Below are positions 22,939-36,508 of a stretch of DNA of 56,640 nt, piece after piece. Both the position numbers and the translations under genes were made by a program. Numbering within the stretch: position 1 is the stretch's first letter; the number at the start of each line of letters is the position of its first letter. The stretch spans positions 137,771 to 194,410 of the forward strand of contig NMRA01000365.1 in NCBI GenBank assembly GCA_002633005.1. The letters run 5' to 3'. The notes under the pieces were generated by a model, which saw only the letters and a program-made list of their open reading frames with translations, was not told the origin of the DNA and did not search any database. The stretch is from Phoronis australis. Taxonomy: Eukaryota > Animalia > Phoronida.

Positions 22939-24741
22939 AATTGTAATCCACTTTCCAGAATCAGCTGGTCCCAAAAACCCATGAAAAGTTTAGGAATTAA
23001 ATTATATACTTTGTTGGAAAAGGGGAAGACGCTGAAAACTCAGTTTTGATGAAAAAATACAAAAGCTTAAAGTCTAGACCTTTTAATATTTGGAAAACAC
23101 AAAATTTGTCCATAAAAGACAAGATCTTCATTACGAAAACTTTTGGTTTGTCAAAAATCATTCATGTAGTGTCAAATGTGGGTATCACCAAAAAAGAATT
23201 CATGAATTTATTAGAGAATTTATTTGGTTAAATAAACCACTAAAAATAAAAGAATCCGTGACAATTTTGCCATATCAAGAGGGCGGTTTGAAATAGCCTA
23301 ACATGGAACTGATCACATTAAACTTATTGTTTAATTGGGTCAAGCGTTTTAATACAGAGGATGAGGCAAGTTGGAGGATATACCCGAGGCAACAGAGGAT
23401 GAGGCAAGTTGGAGGATATACCCGAGGCAACAGAGGATGAGTCAAGATTGAGGATATACCCGAGGCATCTTTTCAGACGTGTTGGCGGTGTCCTCATTTT
23501 TTCATCCAATTTTTTTTGCAAGGATGTTTTCACAACCTTGGATATTCTTAATCCTGAAATATTTAATGAAATACCAATAGTCAAACAAGTGATATGGAAC
23601 TTAACTGTTAATGGTAAATCATTGTTTTACCAAGATTTGTACAATGCAGGCCTCATATTTTGTGGTGATTTTTTAGATAGCCAATTATAACTTGAAGGAT
23701 ATGTCTATCATACCATTTTCTTCCACTACAATGACCTTGAAGAAAGTTCTGAGTGGGACGAATAGAAGGATTGTTAGTTGTAATAACATTACATTTTTAT
23801 TGTTCAATAGTTCCAATTCAAGGATATCATTAAAAACGTATTTATTCACAAGTTTTCTGTAAAACCAGGTAATTATGCGTTTTTTACTCAACTATTACGC
23901 AGACGACGGAATTAAAGAAATATATAATCTCCCTTTCAATCTACCCATAAACCCTCATTTGACAATGTTTAAATACTTTTTCATTGACAAAAGAATTTAT
24001 ACAAACAAGTTGTTAAAAATATTTGGTATTTCACAAACATACCAATGTCCCTACTGTGTCGAGGCCCAGACTTTTCAGCATATGTTTTACAGCTGCTTCT
24101 GTGTTAAACGTTTCTGGAATTCTTTACATCATTTCATAAGTAAAGTTTTTAACTTACACACTGAGCCATCTATGTACCCCTTCTTAGTTTGCTTCTCTGA
24201 CAATCTAAGTGAAATCTTCAATACCATTATACACTCATGCTCAACATTATATTTATACATCATGAGAGATAGGTCTCAACCTTGTTTTTATAAGGTCAAA
24301 GTTATACTTTTTGATACGTTGTACCTCATTGTATTTAACACTTCAGAACAGTTGAGGGTTTTGCAGGCATCTCTTTAAACTGATTCAAACAATATATGGT
24401 GTTATTTTTAAACCACTTCTATGTTGTATTATAAGAAAACTGTCCTTTTTCATAAACTTGCACCTATGTAAATGTAAACATAAATTAAGTTATTTAAACC
24501 AAGTGAATGTGAGTGTGAATGAGTGTATGAAAGTCCCCCTTCCGGTTTCCTTCCCCTTTTATAGTAATTTGCTAATTATCAGCCTAATCATGAGTTATTT
24601 TCCAGATGTTTATTTGTTCTATTTCTATGACATAATGTTTATGTTGTAAATAATCTGTAGTTGTAGCCACCCAACCCCAGTTGTATACTAATCAACAATG
24701 ATACGCTTTCTGGGTAAATAAACATATTAAAGTTAAAAAAA
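22939..24741 (+). mobile_element. 5'-truncated L1/Tx1-clade LINE
   Basis: NLSIKDKIFITKTFGLSK, FIWLNK...EGGL and zinc knuckle CPYCVEAQTFQHMFYSC..VKRFW; AATAAA and A tail; 12-bp TSD TGTTAGAGTCAC; internal 38-bp triplication at 23355-23468. Confidence 0.9.
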
Positions 24742-24884
24742 TGTTAGAGTCACCTGCAGTGCAATAGAAGTGTATGCTTTGTTGAAATTGAAGCTAGTTA
24801 TTGAACACATAACCCACACTAGACACCTCATTTTTTCACGTGAAGTTTGCAATGTATCATTCTCGTGCATCAATATATGTCATT

Positions 24885-25032
24885 GGGCCTGAGCAGTAAT
24901 GCCTCAATACACGTCATTAGTAATGCCTCAATATACCTCATTCAGCCTGAGCAGTAATGCCTCATTATACCTCATTTGGCCTGAGCAGTAATGCCTCAAT
25001 ACACCTCATTCGGCCTGAGCAGTAATGCCTCC
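24885..25032. repeat. 34-bp minisatellite (about 4.5 copies)
   Basis: Unit GCCTGAGCAGTAATGCCTCAATACACCTCATTCG. Confidence 0.85.
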
Positions 25033-27269
25033 TGGAGTTTTTTTGATAGAATTTTTTTATTCAATTGTTAGAGATGCAATGCAACAGCGCAAAGAAATGG
25101 AGGAAGTCTGTGCTAAGTTTTACCTAATTTGCATCTTTAACAAAATAACATTTGTATGGCTGGTCATTCCTAGAATTATGGCGCTTATTTTTCCAACATG
25201 TATTTTTTCTTATTTAAAATTGGCTACTCCATCGAATACACTTGTCAGTTATGTGTCGGCAACTGGCCATAGGGCAACGGCAAATCCTTTGCACTTCAGA
25301 AAGACAGCCACCTTGGGCCTGTTTCACAAACCCTGTACTACAGTAGATATTCAAATGCCTGTTCGATTGGGTTCATAGAGGATTGGTGTTCGTAGGCAGT
25401 AAAGTTCAAGGACCTTTGCCCAATAAAATTCTTTGCTCCCTCTTTTCCATTTATGACGATGAAGTTGACCAATAACAGATATTTTTAAATAATTATTTAT
25501 AAAAAGGCATTTCCAATCTTGGATTGTTTTTTCGTAGTACGCGGTACCTGTCAAAGAGAAAAGCTATTTTGATACATCAGTGTTCTCCATGACCAGTTTT
25601 AACGTGTTGCTTCAACAGGGTAGAGTTCAGTAATGCTGGGACCTCGCAAAAAATCTAGCCAAAATCATGCGTTCTTATTTTAAATACATGGCAACATCTC
25701 ACGTAATCTTGCGAAGTCTTGCTTTTCAAGGAAGACCTAGCGTTACTGAACTCAGGGATGGTTTGCTGGTGCTTCCATCAGGTTTGAGTAACCTGCGACA
25801 TACGGGCTTTTTTGCCAATGACAAAGAATGCGTGCCAGGTCGAGTCCAGTTAGGTCTTTCTGACAGGTTTGGATTTACACTATTATTTGGCATGACACTC
25901 ACAATAACAGGAAATTGTCACACATTATGCAATTCTAAATGTGATCAATCTTATTTGATAACTTTTTAACCATTAAAAGAAAGTTCCCAGTGGTATTATG
26001 CCATTCTGTACCAGTCCAAAGTGGCAAAAGGTTGACCCAGATAAACATTAACACCAGACCTGATTAGGGGAAACCCTGAACACTTGAAACTGTCTTTGTT
26101 TACAATTCAATTTGAACCCAAAATGTAAAAATGTGGTGATTGTCTACTGTTTATGACCACAATATTCCGTAGCAGGACTGATTCCACATCAGGACTTTAC
26201 GTCGAAATGAATGATTAAAACGGGAAACGCAAAACTTTTGAACAGTTGACTCTGTGGGCTAGTAGTTGTAAGCCTACGCCGGAGACATATAGGAAATCCC
26301 CGGCATGACTGCATGGAACTCACCTTGTCATCGTGGATTCTTAGTAAGTCTCGCTATGAAGCACGCGACCGCAGCTCACAGATTATGCCTACATGGCGGC
26401 GAATGGGTGCGCATAAAATACCGAGGCCACCCCTTCGCTTTACTCGAATTTCCGAAAATTATTCAGCATTGACATAGTTTCTTTGAATTCTCTTGCCACC
26501 GAATATTCAGCAAGCAACCTAGTAGGTGTAAACGGTAAATGCCGGCCACGAACGAATACCACCAAATTGTGTTTGGCTTCAAAAAAGTAGCGCGTACACC
26601 GGATCGACTGAGGCCACGACTCATTAAGGGAAAGAAAAAGAACACTCCGGGGATTTACGACCACAGTTGTTTCTGTCCGACGGAGTCAAACGGCCGTTGC
26701 CCAATCCAACATCCGGGTCCGAAATTAGCATTTTAATATATAGATTGTGAGTATACCACTGTGTGTAACACAGGGTTTCACGCCTGGCAAATTTATACCT
26801 GAAAAGCTCTGATTTTGTACCAGTACCTTTTGGTCTGAAAGCACCAACTTTAAAGCATTTATTGTACATATAATCCGTGCCCAATAATCCTGTTCACTTT
26901 TATTAGTTTTAGGGGCAATTATTCCGCTCTCTCAAAATCCTTTCTTTGCTCCCCGAGAGCAAAGTGCCCACCAGATGCCGCTGTTATATCCTACCACTCA
27001 AATCAGATGGATTGAAGATTGAGCGTTGATCTCTCAAACAGCCTCAACCAGTTTTGAAGTGACTCAGAATACATGTTTCCCACCTTCTTGATAACTTAAT
27101 TTTTGGCCTTTTGTTGTTCTTTTTGCTGTTTATAGCTGCTGCAAACCAGTCTTGCATCACAAAGGAACAACTTTTGATTGAGACCACTATTATGTAGTTG
27201 GTCGCAAATTCGTTAGTCAAACTGTAGATGATTTCAGGGCTTCAGAAGAACTTACTCTCTGTTATTGAT

Positions 27270-27578
27270 AGAAACCATACTCTACAAGATAACTTGTCAC
27301 AGCATGGCCTCCTGAAATATCAAACCGTACTCTACAAGCTCTCTTGTCACAGCATTGCCTCCTGGAATACCTAACCATACTCTACAAGATTGTCTTGTCA
27401 TGGCATGGCCTCCTGAAATACCAAACCAGGCTCTACAAGAGTGCCTTGTCACTGCACGGCCTCCTGGAATACCAAACCAGGCTCTACAAGAGTGTCTTGT
27501 CATGGCATGGCCTCCTGCAATACCAATCCATGCTCTACAATTTGGCTTGTCACAGCATGGTCTCCTGGACTACCAAAC
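27270..27578. repeat. About 51-bp minisatellite (about 6 copies)
   Basis: AAACCATACTCTACAAG..CTTGTCACAGCATGGCCTCCTG unit; 17-aa periodicity in ORFs. Confidence 0.88.
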
Positions 27579-28001
27579 TGACAGTTTTTTGGAATCCCAG
27601 AAATCACTTCTCATCTGAGTAAGAAGTTTGTTGAGATTATTTTTATAGGGGTGTAAGTGGTCCAAATCAAAAGTTAGCTTCTTGGACTCAACACTGGTTC
27701 ATACACACACCTTTAACTACTATGATCATTGTCCTTCTGTACCCTATCTGGATAACTCTGTTGTCATAGTTATCTTAAATCATTGCCCATCTGTACTCTA
27801 TCTCGTCATTTTGTTTTCATCCCATGTTGTTCCAGTGAGTCCGTTATGACTGGACTGTTTGAATTATAAATTCACCAGTTTTTCCAGTAATGTAAATGAA
27901 TTTAATGTGTGCGGTGAAATCTAAACAATATGGGACATTAGTGAAAATTCATTTTTAAATTTTTTGTTATAAGAGAAGTAGCACCAAATCAATGCTTTTA
28001 A

Positions 28002-28075
28002 ATGTGATATCATAGCCTTAAGTGTAATCATAGCCTTAAGTGTGATATCATAGCCTGAAGGGTGATATCATAGCA
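28002..28075. repeat. 20-bp tandem repeat (about 3.5 copies)
   Basis: TGTGATATCATAGCCTTAAG. Confidence 0.8.
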
Positions 28076-28171
28076 CTTAACAGTCATTAGACCATATGGA
28101 TATGGACATTCACAACAATGCTAGAAGCTGTTGAAAAATAAAAAAAATCAATATTGGTCAGAAATTGAAGA

Positions 28172-28360
28172 GGTGTTGCTGCGTGTACTAGTATGAATAT
28201 TCACACTTCAATCTAAGCCTCAAGTGCAGACCGGTTTGTTGCTGTATGCACCAGTAGTGTGAATATTCACACTTCAGTCTAAGCCTCTGTCATACAGCCA
28301 GGTTTGTTACTGCATGTGCTAGTATGAATATTTACACTGAACACTCTAAACCTCAGTTGT
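28172..28360. repeat. Degenerate tandem repeat of about 63 bp (3 copies)
   Basis: Recurrent TGTTGCTG..TGAATATTCACACTTCA.TCTAAGCCTC. Confidence 0.7.
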
Positions 28361-29890
28361 GGAGACAGTTTTGCTTTCAACATGCCTCAGTTTTTGTGTA
28401 GTTCTTGTCTGGTTGGCACAGTTATAGGACCATAACAGGCTAAGTGGCATACCTTCAAGATTCCTGAGAAGCACATGTGGTTCAGGGAATGTTTCACCTT
28501 ATGACTTCGTAATTCCCATGTTGGTTTTTACTTGTTGAAATAATGGCTAGTGAGATTCTGATATTTTTGACTTACGCATTGCTCCGAGTTGTTCTTGGTG
28601 CATAGACCTACGTTGATTTTTCTTTATTAAAAGTGTTTTGTTTTTTGTTGTAATTTAAATCAATACAAGTTTCCATGGTAGTACTGTAATCTTAATGTTG
28701 GTCATATCAGAGAAACAGTTTTCCTCCTAAACACTAGGGGTAGATATCAATATTTGAAAACTGTTATGGTATCAAATGCAAACCATATCATAGTGATACT
28801 GATGCCAAATTACAAGGCTTCAGGTCAATCTGGTGGCCAGTTCTTATTTTTGGATTAATTTTCTGGCGTCCTCCTGTCTATCTGCCCTACTGCCTAAGGG
28901 ATCATTATGAGAATTTACATGTGTTCTTGATTAGAAGGCCACAACTGAAGTTGATTTTCGAATGGGTCCAACTGCTGTGTTGCCCCCTAGTGATGATTTT
29001 GTTTTGGTTTGCGTCTGAGGCAGAATGTACTTAACCCTTTGCCAGAGTTTGGTGAAATTTGAAAGATGTGTTCCTATGGAGCCGACGAAAAAGGATAAGA
29101 AATTTCGAACTACCGTATTTGCCGTAATAACCGCCCAGGGCGCTTAGAAAAGTTCGGTTCAGGGGGCGCTTATTATAACCCAAGGCGGTTGAAACCTGGT
29201 CTCCGAAACAGGTGAAATCGGAAGCTAAGATTCATCAAATTTACGCTCTGTGACGTATATGTAATCTATAAAAGACTTTCGACAAAACTGTGGTGCATTG
29301 CTATCAAACTTTGCTGCTAAATTACGATCATTTTACAGAAAATTGTGCTGAAATCCCAGGGCGAAAACTCGCCGACTGACTGCCTCGAAATCGCCGTCTT
29401 CGATATGCCGACTTCAATGTTTGAATAAAAATGGTTTCGACTCAAGCAAATTACCTGAAATCCTCATTAAGTTTTTCAAGTAGCGTCTCTAAGATTTTTT
29501 AAGTTCCCGTGGAGTCTGGATTAACGGCAGGTTTAAGTACAAATCTGTGCTACATCGTGCCATCTTCATGTATGATCGGCAACACGGCGAGAAAATTGTC
29601 TGGACGAACACACATGTTGTTGTCACGTGACGTTTGTTTTGAAGTACGTCTACGAGTAAGCGAGCGTATGCGTGTCACCAGAGTTCATTTGCCAAAGCAG
29701 AGACCGTCTTTTGGCCAGAGCCACGCAATCTAACTAGCTAGATGTGTCTAAAGAAATTTGCACAAGTAGTAGGCCTAAACCAGAGCGTGTTTCATTCAGC
29801 ACTTGCAGGTCCCGTGCTAAAAACTTTCGACATTTGTTTCGGTAAGGCCTATATTAGTCGCCGTGTAGCTGGATGCGTACGTAACTATCG

Positions 29891-32602
29891 CAGTGGCGGA
29901 TCTACGGGGGGGGTCAGGGGGTTTAAACCCCCCCTCGGGCCAGGACCCAAAAATTAAAAAAAAAAAAACAGCACCGCCAGCATGTGTAAACCCCGAGTAC
30001 ACCAACTTGGAAAAATGAGGGGGGGGGTTAACTCTGAAAATATATTTTTTGCATAATGAATTGCTGTAAAATCAACTCGTTTCAAGTCTTCGTGGCTCAT
30101 CGGCGAAACCCTGAAGATCAACTGTGCGCGCACTTCCGACGACACTTCTGAAGTAGCCAAGCATTTTAAAAGGATCCACCGCTGAAAGAGCAGCTCTATA
30201 GTTGATTTCTTTAAGTAACTAGTTTCTTTACTCTAAGATATGTTTTGATTTGATTAGGGGAAATACTGTGGTGCCGCAACCCTGATATTCAGGCGAATTG
30301 ACGGGCAACGTTTTTACCCCATCCTCTGTCATGCCGTGTCATACTATTACACCCCACACGTTTGTAACTTGAATTTGACTGGTGTATTGTAAAGTTGTCT
30401 TGCGCAATATCATACAGTGTACATGTAATACTTTTGAAAAAAAAATCGTTTTCCGAAGAATTGCTATTGTGGCGGGCACCGTGGTCTGGTGGCGAGTCTG
30501 TTTGAAGATCATAGAACTCTAACAAGTTATGTCTATACAAGGAATGACCAAGGGGGCACTCACATTAACAAAGTGACCGCATTCGCGAACAGTGTACAGT
30601 ACCAGAAATTGTGGGGAGGCTGTTTTTTCACAAGAAAGTCTTGCGGGACTCGTGCGATGTTCAATGGGCCTTCTAAGGAGCCCTAGTGCCGACCTCAACA
30701 CCTACCATCTTTCTACCTGCAATAAGCACCACTGCCGTTTTCTATACTGGGCATTTCCGCAGAAGGCCCCACCCGACGAAACGCCCATGCTCATGGGCAT
30801 TTATTTGATGTTAGTACTTCGGGTTTCAAGCGTTCACACATTGGGACGTTTATTTCGAAAATTGCAAGAGATGCAAATGGGTCCTGGGATACATCGTCAA
30901 GGTTTGAAGTAGTCCACGATGAACGGAACAAATTTAGTTGCGCATGCTGTAAGTCTTTTGAATGGACTTGGTAACCTCAGGGGGCCTTAGTGCCAACTGA
31001 GCTGCGAAACGAGATGCTGCATTGTAGAGGTGGACAAGCTCATTGAGACAACAGTTGACGAAGTGCAAGCGTTGGGAACAAACGTCGAAGATGTCTGGAT
31101 AAAATGGTTCTAAGACAAGCAAACCATTGGATCCAATATACAGATTCCTCGGCAGTCTAGACAGCAGATAGGACCAACGTTCCTGGAGAAACACCCAGGT
31201 AATAAGTTATAATTATGCACAGTTTGTAATAATGTCGGTTTTTTATGCTTGTGTACAATGAAAACGAAATAGACATTATTTTTAGACATGCCAAATTTAC
31301 CCAGTACACCAGAGGGTCTTCGAGCGCACAGAAACTGATTCTGGTTTGTACCTACACATGAGTCTATCTGCTTCATATCCAAAATCTTATTTGACGTAGT
31401 GCGTAGTTAAATCTGTACCCAACTTGATACTTGTTTCTTCCAGTGAGTTTTACAGAACGGTGCGAAAACCCTTCCTAGACAACCTCTCGCAGCAGTTGAC
31501 CACCAGATGTGTAAACTACACGTATGAGCAACCACTGGGGATTAAAACGTGTCTAGAGAGAAGTTTCAATTCAAAATTTTTTGCAAAGTACGCTTTAGGT
31601 CTCACGACGGACCAGGCCAGCTTGATTTGTGTAGAGATCGAGTTTCAGTGTACTTCTGGTCCCTCGGCGAACAAGTCTTGTGATGTTTTTTTACCAAAGT
31701 GTGCTTTGTAAAACTATTTATCTCAGCCAGTACTGTTTGGTCCCGCGACAGATCGACTATTTTTATAGGGATAATAAGCACAGGTGTACTTTCGGTCTCG
31801 TGACGAACCAGGCCAGAGTTTTTGTGTACTTTCAGTGTACATCTGGTCCCTCTACAAACTGCTCCTATATATCTTTTCACCACGGTGTAGGCCTACAGTG
31901 TTTTGGTTTCGTGAAACTGTTTTCAGATGATTTGTTTCCTGATAGATTTGACGTTTTTCATTTGTTGTCAACGTGATTCAGCTTAATAAAGTGATACTTA
32001 ATTGTTTATTGTTGCTTTTAGTTAGAGACTATGAGCTGAGAGCACCATCGTTCGCCAGTTTTTCTCGTAACGAGACAGAACACATGTTTATTTCCGAACT
32101 AACAGTACAGGTCTTCATTCTTAAACAGCTTGAGGCTGTTGCGATCATCTAATATTCAAGTTTTTACGCCCCGTGGGTGCTCCTTATGCTCTTCAATGTT
32201 TGGTAGTTGTCTAAACCCCTGTATACACACCACACTTTTTCGTATGCTAAAAAGGTGTGTGTAAGCAGATGTTCCAACAAAAATTTTTGCTGGTGGTGTG
32301 ACTCATACCCAGATGTGCACAAGTATGGTTTCACTAAACTTATGAGCCAAGTTCATGTGACGAAATCGAGAAGGGTTTTTAATTATCTTAAGAAAAACTC
32401 CAGTGACATGTTAAATGCCAGAAACGTACCAGGATGCATGGAAATTTCACTGTTTGGCCACTAAAACAAAAAGATATGACGTCTTACACGGGAGGGGGGT
32501 TTACCCCGATCTTCGCCCCCCCCGCTCGGCAACACGCGCCTCGGATTCGACCTTTGCGGGAATCCTAAACCCCCCCTTACTGAAAACGTAGATCCGCCAC
32601 TG
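29891..32602 (+). mobile_element. hAT (Tip100/P52rIPK-like transposase) element with apparent 5-bp TSD
   Basis: 16-bp TIR CAGTGGCGGATCTACG/CGTAGATCCGCCACTG; flanks TATCG/TATCT; copy A shows the empty site ACTATCTGACAG. Confidence 0.88.
30860..31510 (+). pseudogene. Decayed hAT transposase segment with an intron (31199-31443)
   Basis: KIARDANGSWDTSS...IQIPRQSRQQ..RTNVPGETP-S|EFYRTVRKPFLDNLSQQLTTR fits the P52rIPK/ZMYM-type motif PR..RQ..R.N.P..TP.EYYR...PFLD; LFPN remnant near 32087; many stops. Confidence 0.75.
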
Positions 32603-33714
32603 TATCTGACAGTTATTTTTCGGTGTAAGGGTGTGTAAGCATTCACTGTCAGTTGTCATTTTATCAGATATTCGGCTTAAAAACACCAATTATGGTTAAT
32701 CAAACAATCCATCTCAAAAATAGATAAATAACGCAAACATGTTTTATAGTATTAGAAATTGTCGGAAATTAGTACCAATATTCATTTCTTATCGATGCTA
32801 TGCTACCCGTTTCATGAATGGATTGTTCCCGACTAATGTCTTTGATGACAGGTTCATTTTATGTAGCGCGCGCTTGCTGGCAACGTGCGTTTAACACCGA
32901 GTTATTTTTATTCATGAGACAGTCTACTGAAAGGTCGGACTATAGTGGGAAACGGTCGTCGTGAGAGCGTAGCAACGCTGTTGCGTTCTTTTTGTAGCGC
33001 TGCGTTACTTTGAAGTGTAAAGTCACGGCTAAATACAAAAGTAGCAGTGCCGCTGGTGGTCTAGAAGACCCGTGGAAAATTTTTTTGATAAATTGAAGAC
33101 ATTACTGTAGTCGAGTTTTAGGACTGTAGGTACGTCAATGATCGCATTTACACGTTCATGGACTGGGCGCTTATTTCAGCAAAGTCTGAAAACGCGTGGG
33201 GGGCGCTTATAGGGGCATGGGCGGTTATTACGCCGAATACAGTAATCCAAGTACTACTGTGCCTCCTAGAAGCAAAACGTTTTTTTATCTAATTACCTCT
33301 GTATCTTTCGAGTTCATGAATGTATTTTCATGAAATTCAACAAATAAATGTCTTTTAAGGAGACTCTAACACTCTCATTTTCAGACAGATTGGATATTTT
33401 CTGCGCTATCTGGTGTCCATTTTCGCAAAATGTTTTTGTCGTCTGCCTCTCTGTCTGTCAAACCACTCGAAGGACGATTATGGTAACTGATGGTTGTGTT
33501 AATTTTCGGTTGTTTTTGATTATTCTGGTGCCCCTTAGAGGCAATTTTGCTTTTTTGTATCTACGGCTGTATCTCCTTAACCCTTTGAAGAATCTGCGAA
33601 ATTTGGCAGATGGGACTCAGTAGATATGGCAACTGACAACGTTAAGTTTAAAGCCAATTGGAATATAGCTGTGCTCTATTGTCAATAGTCCTTTTGCGAG
33701 TTTATAACAATAAC

Positions 33715-33760
33715 GCGAGATTACGTGAGACTTAACTGTGACGTCACGGGAAGTGGGGTA
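33715..33760 (+). promoter_or_regulatory. Candidate promoter motifs (CRE plus ETS-like)
   Basis: TGACGTCA immediately followed by CGGGAAGTG in a CpG-containing patch upstream of the 35223 donor. Confidence 0.35.
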
Positions 33761-34058
33761 AAAGCTTGTCGTTTGGCTCATTTGCCCAATACGTTAGCAG
33801 AGTGTATTCTGTTATTTTCTTCCACTTTTTGTCCGTTTAGTTCGAAAAATGACACACAAGCATTGCTGTTATGGCAAATGAAATTCAGATTCGCACTACA
33901 ATACGTTCTATCGCGTTTTGTACTAATTTCGTTTTGTGTATTTTAAACGGGCGATAGGCGAAATCCGCTCACTGATTAAGTTTTCACCACGTCAAAAATA
34001 CATTCTACATCTAAAATTGTCACCTAAAAAGGCGCTTACTTTCTCCAGTGGTCCTCTC

Positions 34059-35079
34059 CAGGGCTTCATCTAGGATTTCGAACATAGGGTGTCCAAAATG
34101 GGGTTCCCAATATTCCAGGGCGTCCATGATTCCAACGCTGCATTACCCCCCCCTCTCCCCACCCCATTCACCAGTAACCCCCCCCCCCAACACACACAGT
34201 GAGGTTTTTTTACAATTAAAAAATGCGTTGAATAAGGCTTTTACACCTAAGTTTACAAAAACAGCTCCCTTGTATTGGGCTGTTTTTGATCAAGACTTAT
34301 GTTTAAATTTATGAAAACAGCCAAAGAGCTTACCAAACGGGTATTACAGATATTACAGATATTGGTTGAACGATGAGTGCACTGTTTTTGGTCATCTCAA
34401 GTCAAATTCTGTTATAAAGTTTATTATATCAACTTCACTAGCTTTATATTCTGTACAATGAGTCATCAAAGCTGTAGTTACCAACAAAAGAAAAATGCAC
34501 TGATGATGTGTGGTTTATATTTTGACAACAGGTGTCACTGCTGCTCCATTTTAGACGCACATAGAAAAGCATGAAACAGGCGAAAACTCAAACATTTTAA
34601 ATGGGGATATTCTTGCGGCACATCATATTATTAAAGTAATGACATTTATTTTGTTTTTGGTATTTTTAAAAAAAGATGAAGTACATGAAATTACAGCTCT
34701 GAAACACCAGTTTGGAGTTAACCAAGGTCCATGTCCCTATATAAAGTACAGAATGGCAGTGGCATGTGAGTCTGTTGAAAGCAGACACTCTGGCAACTAA
34801 CCACGTGCTAATGATTGACAGGTCTACCAAGTACTTTGAAAATAGTTTGAATATTGCAACATTTTAAATACTTTGTATATCTCTTTCCGAGTTGAAAGGG
34901 CCAACTTCCTGCTTTGATTAAGTGGGAGTCTTAGTAATCTTTCAATGTGGGTGTCCAAACTGGAGAAATTCTGATTGACAGGGCGTCCAAATGATACATT
35001 GGGCGTCCTTGCCAGGGCGTCTACATTAGTGCTAGGGCGTCCATTTGGACGCCCAGGACGTACGCTGCATGAAGGCCTG
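34059..35079. mobile_element. Non-autonomous hAT element
   Basis: TIR CAGGGCTTCAT/ATGAAGGCCTG; perfect 8-bp TSD GTCCTCTC; subterminal GGGCGTCC repeats. Confidence 0.9.
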
Positions 35080-35089
35080 GTCCTCTCTG

Positions 35090-35223
35090 CTTCTAAACAT
35101 ATCTTCGATGAAGCATAGCTAAGGGAATTCAGGTGACTTTGGCGAAGAATTCCAACTCCACATTGTGGTTACTGTTAACTTAAACCGCGCGCGAGATAAC
35201 CACAAAGTAGTTCAACTGGTCAG
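35090..35223 (+). other. Candidate non-coding alternative first exon of coronin
   Basis: Consensus CAG|GTGAGT donor at 35224 in a CpG-rich patch (CGCGCGCG). The 5' boundary is unknown. Confidence 0.45.
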
Positions 35224-35569
35224 GTGAGTATGAGGCAAAGGCTAGTGCGAGACTGAGTGAAGCGCGAGACGTGGCGCATGATACTTGCAAAATAACATGA
35301 GAACATATCAAGTGAATTTGTAAGATTTGTGTTCTTTGGACTTATTGTCCGTGATTTCACGTAACTTCCTCAAAATGGCGCCCTGTGAGAGAAACTTGAG
35401 CGAACCGCGAGGTTTTCATGGATAGGTTCAAGTTATTCAATGACTAAATTGGATCCAGAGTCAGGGTATGTGTTAATTAATTATAACTCCATGTGCGCAT
35501 TTGCATCTTTCATTTGATTTTATTTGCTGTATTTTGAAGTGAGTAACTAAGTTTTTATGGGGATAAACT

Positions 35570-36088
35570 ATCGCCCCTGTGTGCCTGCGGCATTCAGGCC
35601 TAGAGCGGGTTGAGTTCCAATTTCAGCCCGCTCACAGCTTCGCACAACATAACAAGTTCACATTTTCTTCGTCCATTCACAGTTATTCCACGATCCCTCT
35701 ACCATCTTTTAAGTTGTGTTAACGTTTTAAGCGTAAAATTCACCATAACTCCAGTAAAATTTAGCGTGTGTAGCAAAGATTCGGGGCCAAACAAGAGCAA
35801 TATGGCGGGTTTTGCCCCTTTTCCGGTGACGTCACTTTGACTAACGAGAAACTCGCAAGTGAGCTATTGATTTTTAGTTTGCCTCTATATCTTAGGAGTT
35901 CCTTGGCTTATTTTCATGAAATTTGGCTAATAGTTGTGTTTTACAGAGATGCCACCTTCTCAATTCAGTTGCCTTTGATGCGTTCTGTGCCATCTTATGG
36001 CCATTTTTATGATACTAAAACACCCATAGAAGCACACTGTTTGCTGTGCCCTCATGGGCGCATTTCACACTCCGCATTGCTCTTGTTA
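35570..36088. mobile_element. Possible Helentron-associated non-autonomous element
   Basis: 3' hairpin TGCCCTCATGGGCG followed by ATTGCTCTTGTT, inverse of AACAAGAGCAAT near 35790; TTTCATGAAATTTGG motif. Confidence 0.4.
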
Positions 36089-36177
36089 CTAGAAGTATTA
36101 TATCGTAAGCACTTGAGGATTCATCACGGTAGCTGGAACTGTTGCCTCTACTAATGACAGTAGGCATGTTCTTATGC

Positions 36178-36508
36178 CTTTTTCCCTTTAGCAGAACTTA
36201 GTTTACCGAAACTTCGCCGAAACTTCGCTTTAAACCCTTCCCACTAGATGGCGATATCGAAGTTATCGCTTGATGACGAGTCAGTCATCAGAGTAGACCA
36301 GTCAGCTTAGTTCATTCATACTCTCAAACGAATATTTATTAGTTGGTTCGAGGCTAACTGAAAATTGTTTTGCCATTTACGAGTGTTTATGAAAATGATC
36401 AATGTCATTCTTCATCAGATGTGCTTTCTCTATTTAATTATGACATTTAACCTTTCCCTCTTGCCGAAACTTCGGTAAAAGCAAAGTTTCGCCTCTAACG
36501 GGGAAAGC
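36178..36508. mobile_element. MITE-like element
   Basis: Imperfect inverted ends with repeated CCGAAACTTCG motifs. Confidence 0.55.

Larger units (their letters stand above)
29113..33242. mobile_element. Tc2-like element copy B, interrupted by a hAT element
   Basis: Same TIRs and TA TSD as 713-2159; collinear with copy A on both sides of 29891-32602. Confidence 0.9.
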
